A stretch of DNA of 64,000 nucleotides from Eubacteriales bacterium (GTDB lineage Bacteria > Bacillota > Clostridia > Oscillospirales > CAG-272): positions 21,638 through 85,637 of the forward strand of contig JAHAZT010000041.1 of NCBI GenBank assembly GCA_018383975.1. Reading direction: 5' to 3'. Positions 7,190-17,352 of the stretch are shown piece by piece (within the stretch, counting starts at the first letter, position 1; each line of letters begins with the position of its first letter). A program made the translations under genes and the position numbers. The notes beneath the pieces were generated by a model, which saw nothing but the letters and a program-made list of their open reading frames with translations, did no database searches and was not told where the DNA came from.

Positions 7190-8287
7190 TCAGCTTTCCG
7201 AGAGAAGAATGTCCGCAATTCTTTTGGAAGCCTTTCCATTGCCGTACGGGTTTTCGGCAGATGACATTTTCTCGTATTCCGCATCGTTGCAAAGAAGATT
7301 TTTGCACGCGATATAAACGCTTTTTTCATTCGTTCCGACAATGCGCAACGTGCCGGCAGAGACGCCCTCCGGTCTTTCCGTGACGTCCCGCAGAACAAGC
7401 ACGGGCTTTCCAAGCGACGGCGCCTCCTCCTGAATTCCGCCGCTGTCGGTCATGATAAAAAAGCTCTTTGCCATCAGGTTGTGAAAGGCTATGACGTCAA
7501 GAGGTTCCGTCAGCATTATTCTTTCGTGACCCGAAAGTATTTCCTCTGCCGCCGTCCTGACAGCGGGATTCGGATGAACGGGATAAACTATCATAACGTC
7601 GTCAGATTCGTCCGCAATTCTGCGCACGGCGCGGAATATTCCGCGGAGAGCCTCACCGTGACTTTCCCTGCGATGTGCCGTCAGAAGAATAATGCGCTTG
7701 CCCGACGCCGCATCGGTTATGGGCGACGAATAGTCTTTATCAACCGTGTATTCAAGCGCATCTATTGCCGTATTTCCCGTGATATAAATGTTGTCTTCTT
7801 TTAATCCCTCGCGCAAAAGATTTTCGGCGGAAAGCCTTGTCGGAGCGAAAAGCCAGCGCGCGGTTATGTCGATTGCGCGACGGTTGAATTCCTCCGGATA
7901 GGGAGAGCGGACGTCATATGTGCGCAGTCCGGCCTCAACGTGACCGACAGGCACCCCTTTATAAAAGCACGCAAGCGACGCCGCAAACGCCGTTGTCGTG
8001 TCTCCGTGGACCAGAACGATATCCGGCATTTCCCTTTTGAGCGTCTCTGAGATGCCGTCCATGACCGCCTTCGTTATGTCCGAAAGCGATTGCCCGTCCT
8101 TCATAATATCAAAATCGCAATCTGCCTTGACGCCGAAAATATCCAGCACTGACCGAAGCATTTCTCTGTGCTGTCCTGTTACACAAACGTATAAATCAAC
8201 ATTTTTCCGCTTTTTGAGTTCGATTATAACAGGACACATTTTTATAGCCTCCGGCCTTGTGCCGATGACCGCCATTATCTTTTTCAA
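7190..8287 (-). CDS. wecB: UDP-N-acetylglucosamine 2-epimerase (non-hydrolysing)
   Basis: MKKIMAVIGTRPEAIKM N-terminus, HGDTTT, GLRT and TDSGGIQEEAPSLGKPVLVLR motifs. TTG start. Confidence 0.93.
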   Translation of the reverse strand: MKKIMAVIGTRPEAIKMCPVIIELKKRKNVDLYVCVTGQHREMLRSVLDIFGVKADCDFDIMKDGQSLSDITKAVMDGISETLKREMPDIVLVHGDTTTAFAASLACFYKGVPVGHVEAGLRTYDVRSPYPEEFNRRAIDITARWLFAPTRLSAENLLREGLKEDNIYITGNTAIDALEYTVDKDYSSPITDAASGKRIILLTAHRRESHGEALRGIFRAVRRIADESDDVMIVYPVHPNPAVRTAAEEILSGHERIMLTEPLDVIAFHNLMAKSFFIMTDSGGIQEEAPSLGKPVLVLRDVTERPEGVSAGTLRIVGTNEKSVYIACKNLLCNDAEYEKMSSAENPYGNGKASKRIADILLSES

Positions 8288-8440
8288 ATTCAGATGCCGC
8301 CTTTTTTGTTTTTTATATTATATCACACAATAACGCGGCAAGTCAAAGTTTTTTCGGATATTTTTCAAAACGCTTGAAAAAGTCACGCAATTGCTGTAAA
8401 ATGTATTCGTAAAATCGTGCGTGCGAAAGGACGTTTTTTT

Positions 8441-9262
8441 ATGATAAAATATGACAGATACGTGGGCGGCAAGCGTTATGCCGCAACCTTCAGTTATGAC
8501 GACGGCGGCGCCGCGGACAGACGTCTCGTCGGACTGTTCAATAAATATAATATGAAATGCACCTTCAACCTCATTTCCTCGTCGCTGATAAAGACAGACG
8601 GAACGGGAATAAAGACGGCGGAGCTGAAAGACCTTTACGCGGGTCACGAGATCGCCTGCCATTCGTATTCCCATCCGCATCTTGAAAGAATGTCCGTGCA
8701 GGATCAGTATGACGAGCTCATCCGCGACAGGCAGATAATAGAAGGCGCGACGGGCAGAATAATCCGCGGGCTTGCGTATCCATTCGGGACGTACAATACG
8801 GATACAACCTTTACCGCAATGAAAACCGCATCGCTCGTGTATGGCAGAACGGCAACTTCGACGGGGACATTTGAGCTCCCCTCCGACTTCAGAATATGGA
8901 ACCCGACGACCCATCATAACGAATGTGAGCCGTTTGTAAAGAAGTTCAAATACAATGTCGAAAAGGCGATATGGCGTGCCGGCGGCGTGCTTTATATATG
9001 GGGTCACAGCTACGAATTCGATAACAAGGATTACCCCGTTCAATGGGATAAATTCGATGAAATTCTCGCTTCCCTCGCAGAGGACGCAGACGGTATCTGG
9101 TTTGCAACGAACATCGAAATTTACGATTACGTAAATGCGCTGAAGGCTCTTCGTCGCTCGGCGGACGGAAAAACATTCTGCAATCCGACGGACACCGACC
9201 TCTGGATTTCCGTCGACGATCAGCCGCTCAAAATCCCGAAAATATCGACGGTTACTATATAA
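8441..9262 (+). CDS. polysaccharide deacetylase family protein (NodB/CE4 domain), paralog 1
   Basis: TFSYDDG (motif 1) and HSYSHPHL (motif 2). C-terminal WFATNIEIYDY. Start set at MIKYDRY by analogy with paralog 2. Confidence 0.8.
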   Translation: MIKYDRYVGGKRYAATFSYDDGGAADRRLVGLFNKYNMKCTFNLISSSLIKTDGTGIKTAELKDLYAGHEIACHSYSHPHLERMSVQDQYDELIRDRQIIEGATGRIIRGLAYPFGTYNTDTTFTAMKTASLVYGRTATSTGTFELPSDFRIWNPTTHHNECEPFVKKFKYNVEKAIWRAGGVLYIWGHSYEFDNKDYPVQWDKFDEILASLAEDADGIWFATNIEIYDYVNALKALRRSADGKTFCNPTDTDLWISVDDQPLKIPKISTVTI

Positions 9263-9274
9263 TCGGAGGAAAAG

Positions 9275-10075
9275 ATGATAAAGCCCGACCGATATCCTAA
9301 CGGAAAACATTTCGCCGTTACCTTCAGTTATGACGACGGCGACAAAGCCGACAGACGTCTTGTTGACATTTTCAACAATTACGGCATGAAGGCAACCTTC
9401 AACCTCATTCCTTCAAGATTTGACGGAGAAACCGTTGTTTCGTCGGGCGAGCTGCGCTCGCTCTATGACGGTCACGAAATCGCCTGCCATTCATATTCTC
9501 ACCCTCATCTTGCCCGCCTGCCGCTGACCGGACAGTCACGCGAAATCGCGCTCGGCAGATTAAGCCTTGAGCGGCTTTCCGGCAGGCTTGTTCGCGGAAT
9601 GGCAACGCCTTACGGCGAAAAAAACGATGATACCCTCGTTGCGATGAAAGCCGCGGGAATGGCATATTGCCGGAACGCAGGCGTCTCCGGCGGACTTTCC
9701 GTCCCCGCGGATTTTCTCGATTGGATGCCGTCGTGTCACCATACGGGTGCGCCCGCCGTTATAGAAAAGTTCAGAAACGAATGGATACATCAGCCTTGGC
9801 AATACGGCGGTCTGCTCTTTATCTGGGGTCACAGCTTTGAGTTTGACCGGGCGGACAACTGGGAGCTTGCAGAGCAAATCTGCTCGTCGCTTGCGGGTAT
9901 TGACGACGTCTGGTTTGCGACGAATATCGAAATTTATGATTATATCACGGCGCAGCGTTCGCTTGTGATATCTTGTGACGGGGACGTTATCTTCAACCCC
10001 TCCGCAGTGGACGTGTGGGTAAGTCAAAACGGCAGTCCGATATGTATAAAAGGCGGAGATACCATCAGATTGTAA
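9275..10075 (+). CDS. polysaccharide deacetylase family protein (NodB/CE4 domain), paralog 2
   Basis: MIKPDRYPNGKHFAVTFSYDDG, HSYSHPHL and WFATNIEIYDY. Collinear with the upstream paralog. Confidence 0.8.
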   Translation: MIKPDRYPNGKHFAVTFSYDDGDKADRRLVDIFNNYGMKATFNLIPSRFDGETVVSSGELRSLYDGHEIACHSYSHPHLARLPLTGQSREIALGRLSLERLSGRLVRGMATPYGEKNDDTLVAMKAAGMAYCRNAGVSGGLSVPADFLDWMPSCHHTGAPAVIEKFRNEWIHQPWQYGGLLFIWGHSFEFDRADNWELAEQICSSLAGIDDVWFATNIEIYDYITAQRSLVISCDGDVIFNPSAVDVWVSQNGSPICIKGGDTIRL

Positions 10076-10147
10076 ATTAAAAAGTCCTTATGTCATAAGG
10101 AGTTTTGACATTTTATACTCTTGTATTATTTTTCGGAGGTGAACGCA

Positions 10148-10924
10148 TTGAACGAAAAGGATCTGCTTATTTCCCGTCTTGCGGACAAGCTCCGTCTTTG
10201 CCGCGAAAGAGACTGCACGGAGTCAACATCGTTTCTTGACGCCGCCTCTCTTTCCGAAGCAAAACGCTTCTGCGCAGCCGAAAAAGCCCGCGCCGTTTTC
10301 TTCGGCGGATACGAAAATGCGGAGCGCGTTCTGTGCGTGTTCGTCCCCGATTTCTACCCCGACGGAATGTTTCCTTCCTTCTTCTACGAACAGCCGGACG
10401 AATCGCCGGTAAAGGCGTTGCGCTGTACATGGGCACACGGCTCGCCCGCCCTTTCGCACAGGGACATCCTCGGCTCTGCGCTCGCTCTCGGAATAGAACG
10501 GGAGACCATCGGCGACATTCTCGTTTCGGAAAATTCCGCGGATATTTTTGTCCTGCCGCATATGGCAAGGCTCTTTCTCTCCGATTACAAAAAAGCCGGC
10601 AGAGTGCCGCTTTCGCTGAAAGAAATTCCGCTTTCGGAGGTCATAATTCCGGAGCAGAACATCGAACGCAGGCGGGATACAGTTGCCTCTATGCGCCTTG
10701 ACGGCGTTCTCTCCGCAATATTTTCTCTCTCTCGTTCAAAGGCGGAGGAGGCTGTCGCGCTCGGACTCGTTTTTGTAAACGATATAAAAATATCAAAGCC
10801 GGACGCGCCCGTAAAGGACGGAGACAAGGTCGTTCTGCGCGGAATGGGAAAGGCGAAAATCATCTCCTCGGACGGCGTCTCCAAAAAAGGCAGAACCGTC
10901 ATAATATTCGACAGATACAGGTAA
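10148..10924 (+). CDS. YlmH-like RNA-binding S4-domain protein
   Basis: C-terminal S4-like segment RLDGVLSAIFSLSRSKAEEAVALGLVFVNDIKISKPDAPVKDGDKVVLRGMGK. TTG 10148 lies 6 nt after GGAGGTG. Confidence 0.7.
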   Translation: MNEKDLLISRLADKLRLCRERDCTESTSFLDAASLSEAKRFCAAEKARAVFFGGYENAERVLCVFVPDFYPDGMFPSFFYEQPDESPVKALRCTWAHGSPALSHRDILGSALALGIERETIGDILVSENSADIFVLPHMARLFLSDYKKAGRVPLSLKEIPLSEVIIPEQNIERRRDTVASMRLDGVLSAIFSLSRSKAEEAVALGLVFVNDIKISKPDAPVKDGDKVVLRGMGKAKIISSDGVSKKGRTVIIFDRYR

Positions 10925-10972
10925 ATTCAGATATTATACTTTTGTATATAACGCTTTGAAAGGAGCGAAAAA

Positions 10973-11794
10973 ATGTCCATATTCACTTGCCCCGTCTGCG
11001 GGCAGAGACTCGAAAAAGAGGGCGCGCAGATGAAGTGCCCTTCCGGTCACAGCTATGATATTTCCCGCAGGGGATATGTGAATCTGCTGATGTCGCAGGC
11101 GTCGTCAAAAAAGCGTCACGGAGACGACGGCGAAATGGTTTCCGCGCGGACAAGATTTCTTTCGTCGGGTCATTATGACAGACTGCGCGATGAGGTTTCC
11201 CGAATAGCGTCGGAGTTGCTTCCGAGCGGCGGAACGGTGGTCGACATCGGTTGCGGCGAATGTTATTACACCGAGCACCTCGCAAAAACGTTTGCGGATA
11301 AAAGCATACCATGCGAAATATACGGCGTCGATATATCAAAAAAAGCTCTCGACGCCGCAGGCAAGCGGAACTGCGGAGTATCGCTCGCCGTCGCAAGTGC
11401 ATTTTCTCTGCCGATTGCGGACGAGTCGGCAGACCTGATTCTGAACCTCTTTGCCCCGCACGAGCCGAAGGAATTCGGAAGGATTGCCGCGTCCGGCGCA
11501 AAGATGATAAGGGTGTTCCCTCTCAGGCGTCACCTCTGGGGGCTGAAGGAGGCCGTCTATGACGTGCCGTATGAAAATATCATTGACACGCTTGACTTTT
11601 CGGGTTTTAGACTTTTGTATAAAACCGAGCTTGCGTACAGTATTCATCTGTCATCAAACGAGCAGATAGTCGACCTTTTTTCAATGACGCCCTACTGCTA
11701 TAAAACCTCCGAAAAGGACAGAAAAAAGCTGGACGCGCTGTCCTCTCTCGATACCGGAGTTGAATTTTGCATTGCCGTTTTTGAAAAGATTTGA
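10973..11794 (+). CDS. rlmA: 23S rRNA (guanine745-N1)-methyltransferase
   Basis: N-terminal Zn ribbon FTCPVCGQRL..KCPSGHSYDISRRGYVNLL and SAM motif VVDIGCGECYYT. Confidence 0.85.
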   Translation: MSIFTCPVCGQRLEKEGAQMKCPSGHSYDISRRGYVNLLMSQASSKKRHGDDGEMVSARTRFLSSGHYDRLRDEVSRIASELLPSGGTVVDIGCGECYYTEHLAKTFADKSIPCEIYGVDISKKALDAAGKRNCGVSLAVASAFSLPIADESADLILNLFAPHEPKEFGRIAASGAKMIRVFPLRRHLWGLKEAVYDVPYENIIDTLDFSGFRLLYKTELAYSIHLSSNEQIVDLFSMTPYCYKTSEKDRKKLDALSSLDTGVEFCIAVFEKI

Positions 11795-11853
11795 TTGACA
11801 CGGCGGCTCTGCAATGATATAATGATAGATGTGTTATCGGAAAGGAGGCTCGT

Positions 11854-12678
11854 ATGAAGAAAAACAAAAGCTTCAGAGAAAGCGGCAGAGGCGACTCTGT
11901 CGGATTTTTCAAAATTCTCGGGCTGACAGTTGTTATAATCGCCGTGGTTTTCCTCATAAGTCTCACTTCGCCGTTTGAAAAGCGCAACGAAACCACCTTT
12001 CCCTCGTCGACGGAGACGACGTCGGCGATAACTCCTCAAACAACAACGGAAGCGCCGCCGCAGACGCAATCACCTGCGACAACGGAAGCGCCCCCGCCGC
12101 AGACGACGCCGCCCGCAACGGAAACGGAGCCTCCGCAGACGACTACCGCCCCCTCCCTCGTCCCGACAAATCAGGAGATGAAGCAGCTTATTCAGGAAAA
12201 ATATCTGACGAAAAATTCCCATGCGCGCGTCGGCGAGCCCCGCACTGCAACAAAGCAGATCGTCATTCATTATGTGGCAAACAAAAATACGACGGCACTT
12301 CAGAACTGGAACTATTTTGAAACCTCCGGCGTTTATGCAAGCTCAAATTTCATCGTCGGTCTTGACGGCGAAATCATCCAGTGCATGCCGATATTCGAGG
12401 TGTCTTATCACGCCGGAAAGAAAGAAGTCAATTACAATTCCATCGGAATTGAAGTCTGCCATCCGGGCAGCGACGGAAAGTTCTCCGAGGCTACATATGA
12501 TTCTCTTATCAAGCTCGTTTCGTGGCTCTGCAAGAGATACGGAATATCAAAGAAAAATGTCATCCGCCATTATGACGTGACGGGAAAGCTGTGTCCCCTT
12601 TATTATGCCGGCGAGCCCGGAAGCGAAGGATACAACCACTGGGAAAAATTCAGAGACGACATCATTTTTGATAGATGA
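11854..12678 (+). CDS. membrane-anchored N-acetylmuramoyl-L-alanine amidase (Amidase_2/PGRP fold) with Thr/Pro-rich linker
   Basis: TM (GLTVVIIAVVFLISL), repeated TTEAPPQT linker, and catalytic region IVIHYVAN..SYHAG..NSIGIEVCHP..HYDVTGKLCP. Confidence 0.85.
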   Translation: MKKNKSFRESGRGDSVGFFKILGLTVVIIAVVFLISLTSPFEKRNETTFPSSTETTSAITPQTTTEAPPQTQSPATTEAPPPQTTPPATETEPPQTTTAPSLVPTNQEMKQLIQEKYLTKNSHARVGEPRTATKQIVIHYVANKNTTALQNWNYFETSGVYASSNFIVGLDGEIIQCMPIFEVSYHAGKKEVNYNSIGIEVCHPGSDGKFSEATYDSLIKLVSWLCKRYGISKKNVIRHYDVTGKLCPLYYAGEPGSEGYNHWEKFRDDIIFDR

Positions 12679-12711
12679 CGCCTGTGTTTTCCTTATTTTA
12701 TACAAAAATAT

Positions 12712-12750
12712 AAAACGCTCGTTTCCCTTGGGGAAAACGAGCGTTTTGTT
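12712..12750. terminator. bidirectional intrinsic terminator
   Basis: aaaacgctcgtttccc-ttg-gggaaaacgagcgtttt between the convergent amidase and dut genes. Confidence 0.8.
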
Positions 12751-12751
12751 T

Positions 12752-13198
12752 TTATTTTGTTCCCGTCGAACCGAAGCCGCCGGAGCCTCTTTCGGTCTCG
12801 TCAAGACTTTCGCATTCTTCAAAATCGGCTCTGATATATGGCGCGATGACAAGCTGCGCAATCCTCTCCCCTGCCGCTATTGTCTGCGGCTCGGACGAAT
12901 GATTGTGAAGCGAAACCTTTATCTCACCGCGATAGTCCGAGTCGATAACACCGACCTTGTTTGCCGGCGCAATTCCGCGCTTTGTGGCAAGTCCGCTTCT
13001 CGCATAAACAAGTCCGACAAGCCCGTCCGGAATTTGAGCGGCAATTCCCGTGCCTATCATAACCGTTTCACCGGGCGCAACAGTTACCTCCTCCGACGTC
13101 GCGGCATAGAGGTCTGCGCCCGCGGCACAGTCGCTTGAATAGACGGGAGTTTTCGCAAGCGGACTTAATTTTTTGAGTTTGACTTTTTCCGTTTTCAT
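12752..13198 (-). CDS. dut: dUTP diphosphatase
   Basis: Motifs ARSGLA, GVIDSDYRGE, GERIAQL and C-terminal GSGGFGSTG. Confidence 0.95.
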   Translation of the reverse strand: MKTEKVKLKKLSPLAKTPVYSSDCAAGADLYAATSEEVTVAPGETVMIGTGIAAQIPDGLVGLVYARSGLATKRGIAPANKVGVIDSDYRGEIKVSLHNHSSEPQTIAAGERIAQLVIAPYIRADFEECESLDETERGSGGFGSTGTK

Positions 13199-13254
13199 AT
13201 TCAGATTCCCTTTCGCTTTTTCATTTTTCCTTGCTACACGGACGTTTTTCGGTG

Positions 13255-15297
13255 TTATACAATAGTATATTTTATTTCGTCCGGTATGGTTATTTCGGCT
13301 TGCTTGCCCTTTTCCGTTTTTATCGTGATATAGCCGAAGGGCGTCGGTATGCTGATATCGGCGCTTTCAAGACCGTAAAGCCGCGGAGCGAGTTTTATTT
13401 CCTCAAACCCCGGGCGGACGATTTCAAGTCCCGACAGCATTATCGGCAGGTAATATGCGGGAGCGCACGAGCCTCCGTAGCCGAGGCTGTCCCCATCCCA
13501 CGATGCGCCGACGCCGTTCCGGCACCGTTCCGAAAATCCCGCCCACCTGCGGATTAGCTTCAATCCGTACTTTTCAAGCAGTCCGAGCCTTCTCAAGGCT
13601 TCAAGCAGATAAAAAGTGAAGGACGGGCTGATGTCGCAGAGAGCCTTATCTGACGCGGCGCGCGTGGCAAGCTGTTTTGCAAATGCGCTGTCGCAGAGTC
13701 CGTAGAACGCGGCGATCGTCGCCGCATGCCTTGTATAAAATTTTCTTGCCGGATTTTTCGGATGATTTCCGGTTTTTTTATCCTTTGTGGACAGTCCCGC
13801 AAGGCAAAGCTGGCGTTCTTTATCTGTAAATGCGGTTTCAAAGCCCTTTTTCACAGCGTCTGCACGAAGTCTGTACGCCGTGCGGAGCTTATTGTTTCCC
13901 CGCTCTGCATAAATTTTCGACGCCGTATCAAGCGCGCCGTAATACATCGCCGTCACAAACGCCTGACCGAGACATTTCGGCGGATTTTCAAGCGAATAAC
14001 CGCCGACGGTCACCCTGTCGACAGGCGCAAAATCCGGAGGCGTTTCTATTATTTTCGCTTCCGAAAGGTATGTATCAAATCGCGAAAGGAGAGTTTCCAC
14101 AGCTTGCTCCGTAAGCGAAAAAATGCTTTCGTCGCCTGTATAAACGTAATAATCCCATATCATCGGGACGAACGAAAGAAGTCCGGAGGATATCTCCGTT
14201 TCGTCACGCATTTCCGCAATCCTTTCGGACAACTTGAGAATGTCCGATCGGGCAAGCGCCGCGTCACCGAAGGCGACCTGCGAAAAGAGCGCCTCCGCCC
14301 TTATATCCGCCATACGGGAAACGGATTTTTTTGTCGACGGGCTGTCGCAATAGCCGTCGCGCCGACAATTTTCAAGCGTGCCGACGCAGTTTTTCCATAT
14401 ATCGCATATTTCCTCGTCGGAGCATGAAAACGACGCTTTTCTCACCGTCGGGTAAGCCGTTCTTATCAGGTGTGCGTCAAAAACCCTGACGTCGCTGCCG
14501 CCGTTGTTTGTGACGTTTATTATCATCTTTGAAACGCCTGTAAACTGCGTTGAAACATAATCTATTCTGCCGTAAGCGTGAATGGTTTCCGTTCTCACGT
14601 CGGAGTCCTCGCCCTCGGCAAGCTCAAGCGTTATCTCGTAATCCTCGCCGTCCGCCGAGAAGGCGGCAAATGCGGAATACATCGCGGGGAACGCCACGCA
14701 GAACTGCGAAAAAGAGCTTTTCGGGCATATATACATCTTCTGATGCTCCGGCTCCGTTATCTGCTCAAAAAGCGGCAGAATCCGCGCTTTGGCGAGCGCG
14801 GCGGGATAATCAACCTCTATTGCCTTTTCCCATTCGTGCGGAGCGATTGTGAAGTCCGTTTCAGTATCGCTTGTGTGTGACGGAAGATATCTTATATCCC
14901 ATTTTTCGTCCGTAAAAACGCTTTCAACCGTTCCGTCGTCATATTCTATATCGCAGGAGAGGATAAAACCTCCGACGCCGTGACTGCTTTCCGTTTCGCT
15001 CTGCACGCCTTTTCTCACAACCGCTCTTATTTCAAGCGTGTCGGGCGCCGAGGAAAGCTCATATTCGGAATAAAAGCTCATTTCATCCGTCGGATATGAC
15101 GGTCCCGAGCCGACAAATGCGCCGTTCACCCAGAGCTTGTAAACCGTATCCGCCGATACCTGAATTTTCAGGGCGACCGCCGTTTTCATCAGCCTGTAAG
15201 CCTTCGATATCTCCGCGACGCAATATCCGCCGCGCGCCGATATGCCGCTTTCGTGGGCATTTTCGTCAAGCCATATCCATTTTGCTTCGGACAGCAT
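13255..15297 (-). CDS. six-hairpin glycosidase-like protein (alpha-L-rhamnosidase/GH78-like)
   Basis: The N-terminus AKWIWLDEN..ALKIQVSADTVYKLWVNGAFVGSGP resembles the rhamnosidase N-domain. Long alpha/alpha-type C-terminal region. Start set at MLSEAKWIW (GAGGAG RBS). Confidence 0.4.
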   Translation of the reverse strand: MLSEAKWIWLDENAHESGISARGGYCVAEISKAYRLMKTAVALKIQVSADTVYKLWVNGAFVGSGPSYPTDEMSFYSEYELSSAPDTLEIRAVVRKGVQSETESSHGVGGFILSCDIEYDDGTVESVFTDEKWDIRYLPSHTSDTETDFTIAPHEWEKAIEVDYPAALAKARILPLFEQITEPEHQKMYICPKSSFSQFCVAFPAMYSAFAAFSADGEDYEITLELAEGEDSDVRTETIHAYGRIDYVSTQFTGVSKMIINVTNNGGSDVRVFDAHLIRTAYPTVRKASFSCSDEEICDIWKNCVGTLENCRRDGYCDSPSTKKSVSRMADIRAEALFSQVAFGDAALARSDILKLSERIAEMRDETEISSGLLSFVPMIWDYYVYTGDESIFSLTEQAVETLLSRFDTYLSEAKIIETPPDFAPVDRVTVGGYSLENPPKCLGQAFVTAMYYGALDTASKIYAERGNNKLRTAYRLRADAVKKGFETAFTDKERQLCLAGLSTKDKKTGNHPKNPARKFYTRHAATIAAFYGLCDSAFAKQLATRAASDKALCDISPSFTFYLLEALRRLGLLEKYGLKLIRRWAGFSERCRNGVGASWDGDSLGYGGSCAPAYYLPIMLSGLEIVRPGFEEIKLAPRLYGLESADISIPTPFGYITIKTEKGKQAEITIPDEIKYTIV

Positions 15298-15543
15298 ATG
15301 CTTCTCTCCTCTCTTCCGTTCAATAAAAAACACACGCAAGATTACTTTACCGCAAAAACCTTCGTTTGTCAATATCGGCGGCGATGATATTTTCCGTTTT
15401 GCAAAGTATCTTCCCTGCGCCGACATCGGCTTCTTCCGTAAAATTATATCAGAGAAATGCGCAAAATGTCAACACGGGGCTTGTAAAACCGGCAGACAGG
15501 TGATAAAATAGAATAAAGCAAAAACTCGGAAAAGGAGAATCTC

Positions 15544-17295
15544 ATGGGCATAACGTATCCATCAAAAGCGATAGAATATATAAAAAGGCTGACGGACACC
15601 AAAGTTGCCACAGAGCCTATGACAAAGACCCCCGTTCGCAAGTCTGTGCCGGAAAATTCGTCTGCAGAGCAGCCGTTTCCGCGCGCAAAGCCGGAGGACG
15701 TCGGAATTCCGTCGTCACGCATTGCGGAGTTTCTCCGCGAGCTTTATGAGAACCGCGCGCTCGATACGCACGGGGTGACGGTCATAAAGGACGGAAAACT
15801 CATCGCGCAGGCGATGTTCGGTCCTTATGAAGCCGACCTGCCGCAGGCGACGTTTTCCGAGTGCAAGAGCATCATTTCCCTTGCGATAGGAATTCTCATA
15901 GGCGAAAAACGCCTTTCGCTCGATGAAAAAGTCGTCGACATAATAGACGATATCAGCGCGATAACAAAAAAACGCTACGAAAAGCTGACCGTTGAAAGAC
16001 TGCTGACAATGCGTTCAAGCTCCTGCTTCAATGAGATAGGCGCGGTGATAGAAGAAAACTGGGAAAAGGAGTTTTTCACTCTCGTGTCCTTCGGAACAAT
16101 AGGAAAAACTTTCTTCTATAACAGCCTGAATACTTATATGCTCGCATGTATCGTCCGCCGCAAAAGCGGCATGACGGTGACCGAATATCTTCGCCCGCGG
16201 CTTTTTGAGCCGCTCGGCATAAAAAATATTTTCTGGGAAAAAAGTCCGTCCGGCACGGAATGCGGCGGCTGGGGACTTTATATTCTTCCGGAGGATATGG
16301 CAAAGCTCGGTCAGCTCGCGCTCGACGGCGGCGCGTGGAAGGGCCGGCAACTCGTCCCGAAGGCATATATAAATCTGGCGACAAAAGCTCACGTCAGAGT
16401 GCCGGATGACTACGGCGACTTCAATTACGGTTATCAGATATGGGTCGGCCGCAATTCGGATTCCTTCCTTTACAACGGGCTTTTCGGTCAGAATATGATG
16501 TGCTTCCGCAATACGAAAACGATTGTTACGGCAAATGCGGGAAACTGCGAATTCTTCCAGCAGTCGCCCTTCTGCCGCATATGCGAAAAATATTTTGCAT
16601 CCGATGAGCCGACTGTCACCGTCCGCAACGACACGCCGTCACTTCAGGAGATGATCAGACTTCTGAAAAACAAAGATTTCCGCACCGAAGGACTCCTCGC
16701 CGCCCGCAGAGACAAAAAACTCGCGGAAAATATGCGCGGAAGGCTCGAAGGCAGATTCTGTGTTCTTCCCGAAGGAAAAAGGACGACAATAAGCGTCTTC
16801 CCGGCTGCGCTTCAGGTCTGCGGCAATACCTACGGCAAGGGTCTTGAAAAAATCGGCTTTGAAACAAGGGACGGAAAATTTACGGTTTCGTTCTTTGAGG
16901 GAGAAAGCATTATTTCCGTTCCGATAGGCTTTTCTAAATACGAAAAATCGGAGCTGCACCTCGGAGATCAGCTCGTGTTCAAGGTCGCCGCGCACGGAAG
17001 ATTTGCCGAAAATGAGGACTATCTCCCCGTTCTGAAGCTGAAAATCGACTTCATCGAAACGCCCTGCTCCAAAACGATAAAGCTGATTTTCGATGGCGAC
17101 AGCGTTTATTACAAGCAGGAGGAATTCCCCGGCGCGAAGTTTATAAAATACGGCATAAACTTCATTTCAGACAACTTCCTTTCAAAAGGCATTCTCGGAA
17201 AGATGAATCTTGACGAAAAATTCTCGGATGCCGAATATCTCGCATACAAGGCGGAAGCAAAGCTCTCCGCAAGAGCAAACTTCAATCTCGTCTGA
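15544..17295 (+). CDS. serine hydrolase, beta-lactamase (class C/PBP4*-like) family protein with C-terminal extension
   Basis: S-x-x-K motif (SECKS) in the context ATFSECKSIISLAIGILIGE. AAGGAG RBS. Confidence 0.65.
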   Translation: MGITYPSKAIEYIKRLTDTKVATEPMTKTPVRKSVPENSSAEQPFPRAKPEDVGIPSSRIAEFLRELYENRALDTHGVTVIKDGKLIAQAMFGPYEADLPQATFSECKSIISLAIGILIGEKRLSLDEKVVDIIDDISAITKKRYEKLTVERLLTMRSSSCFNEIGAVIEENWEKEFFTLVSFGTIGKTFFYNSLNTYMLACIVRRKSGMTVTEYLRPRLFEPLGIKNIFWEKSPSGTECGGWGLYILPEDMAKLGQLALDGGAWKGRQLVPKAYINLATKAHVRVPDDYGDFNYGYQIWVGRNSDSFLYNGLFGQNMMCFRNTKTIVTANAGNCEFFQQSPFCRICEKYFASDEPTVTVRNDTPSLQEMIRLLKNKDFRTEGLLAARRDKKLAENMRGRLEGRFCVLPEGKRTTISVFPAALQVCGNTYGKGLEKIGFETRDGKFTVSFFEGESIISVPIGFSKYEKSELHLGDQLVFKVAAHGRFAENEDYLPVLKLKIDFIETPCSKTIKLIFDGDSVYYKQEEFPGAKFIKYGINFISDNFLSKGILGKMNLDEKFSDAEYLAYKAEAKLSARANFNLV

Positions 17296-17305
17296 AAAAT
17301 GAATA

Positions 17306-17352
17306 AAAGCCTTCCCTTCGGGTCAGCCTTATACCGAAAGGAAGGCTTTTTT
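17306..17352 (+). terminator. intrinsic terminator of the beta-lactamase-family gene
   Basis: A 12-bp stem ccttcccttcgg/ccgaaaggaagg (1 mismatch) followed by ctttttt. Confidence 0.7.

Noticed and set aside
8318-9310. 330-aa minus-strand ORF covering the first deacetylase gene
   Set aside because: It is antisense to a CDS with clear NodB motifs. The translation is Arg/Cys/Phe-rich with no recognisable domain, so it is a typical shadow ORF.
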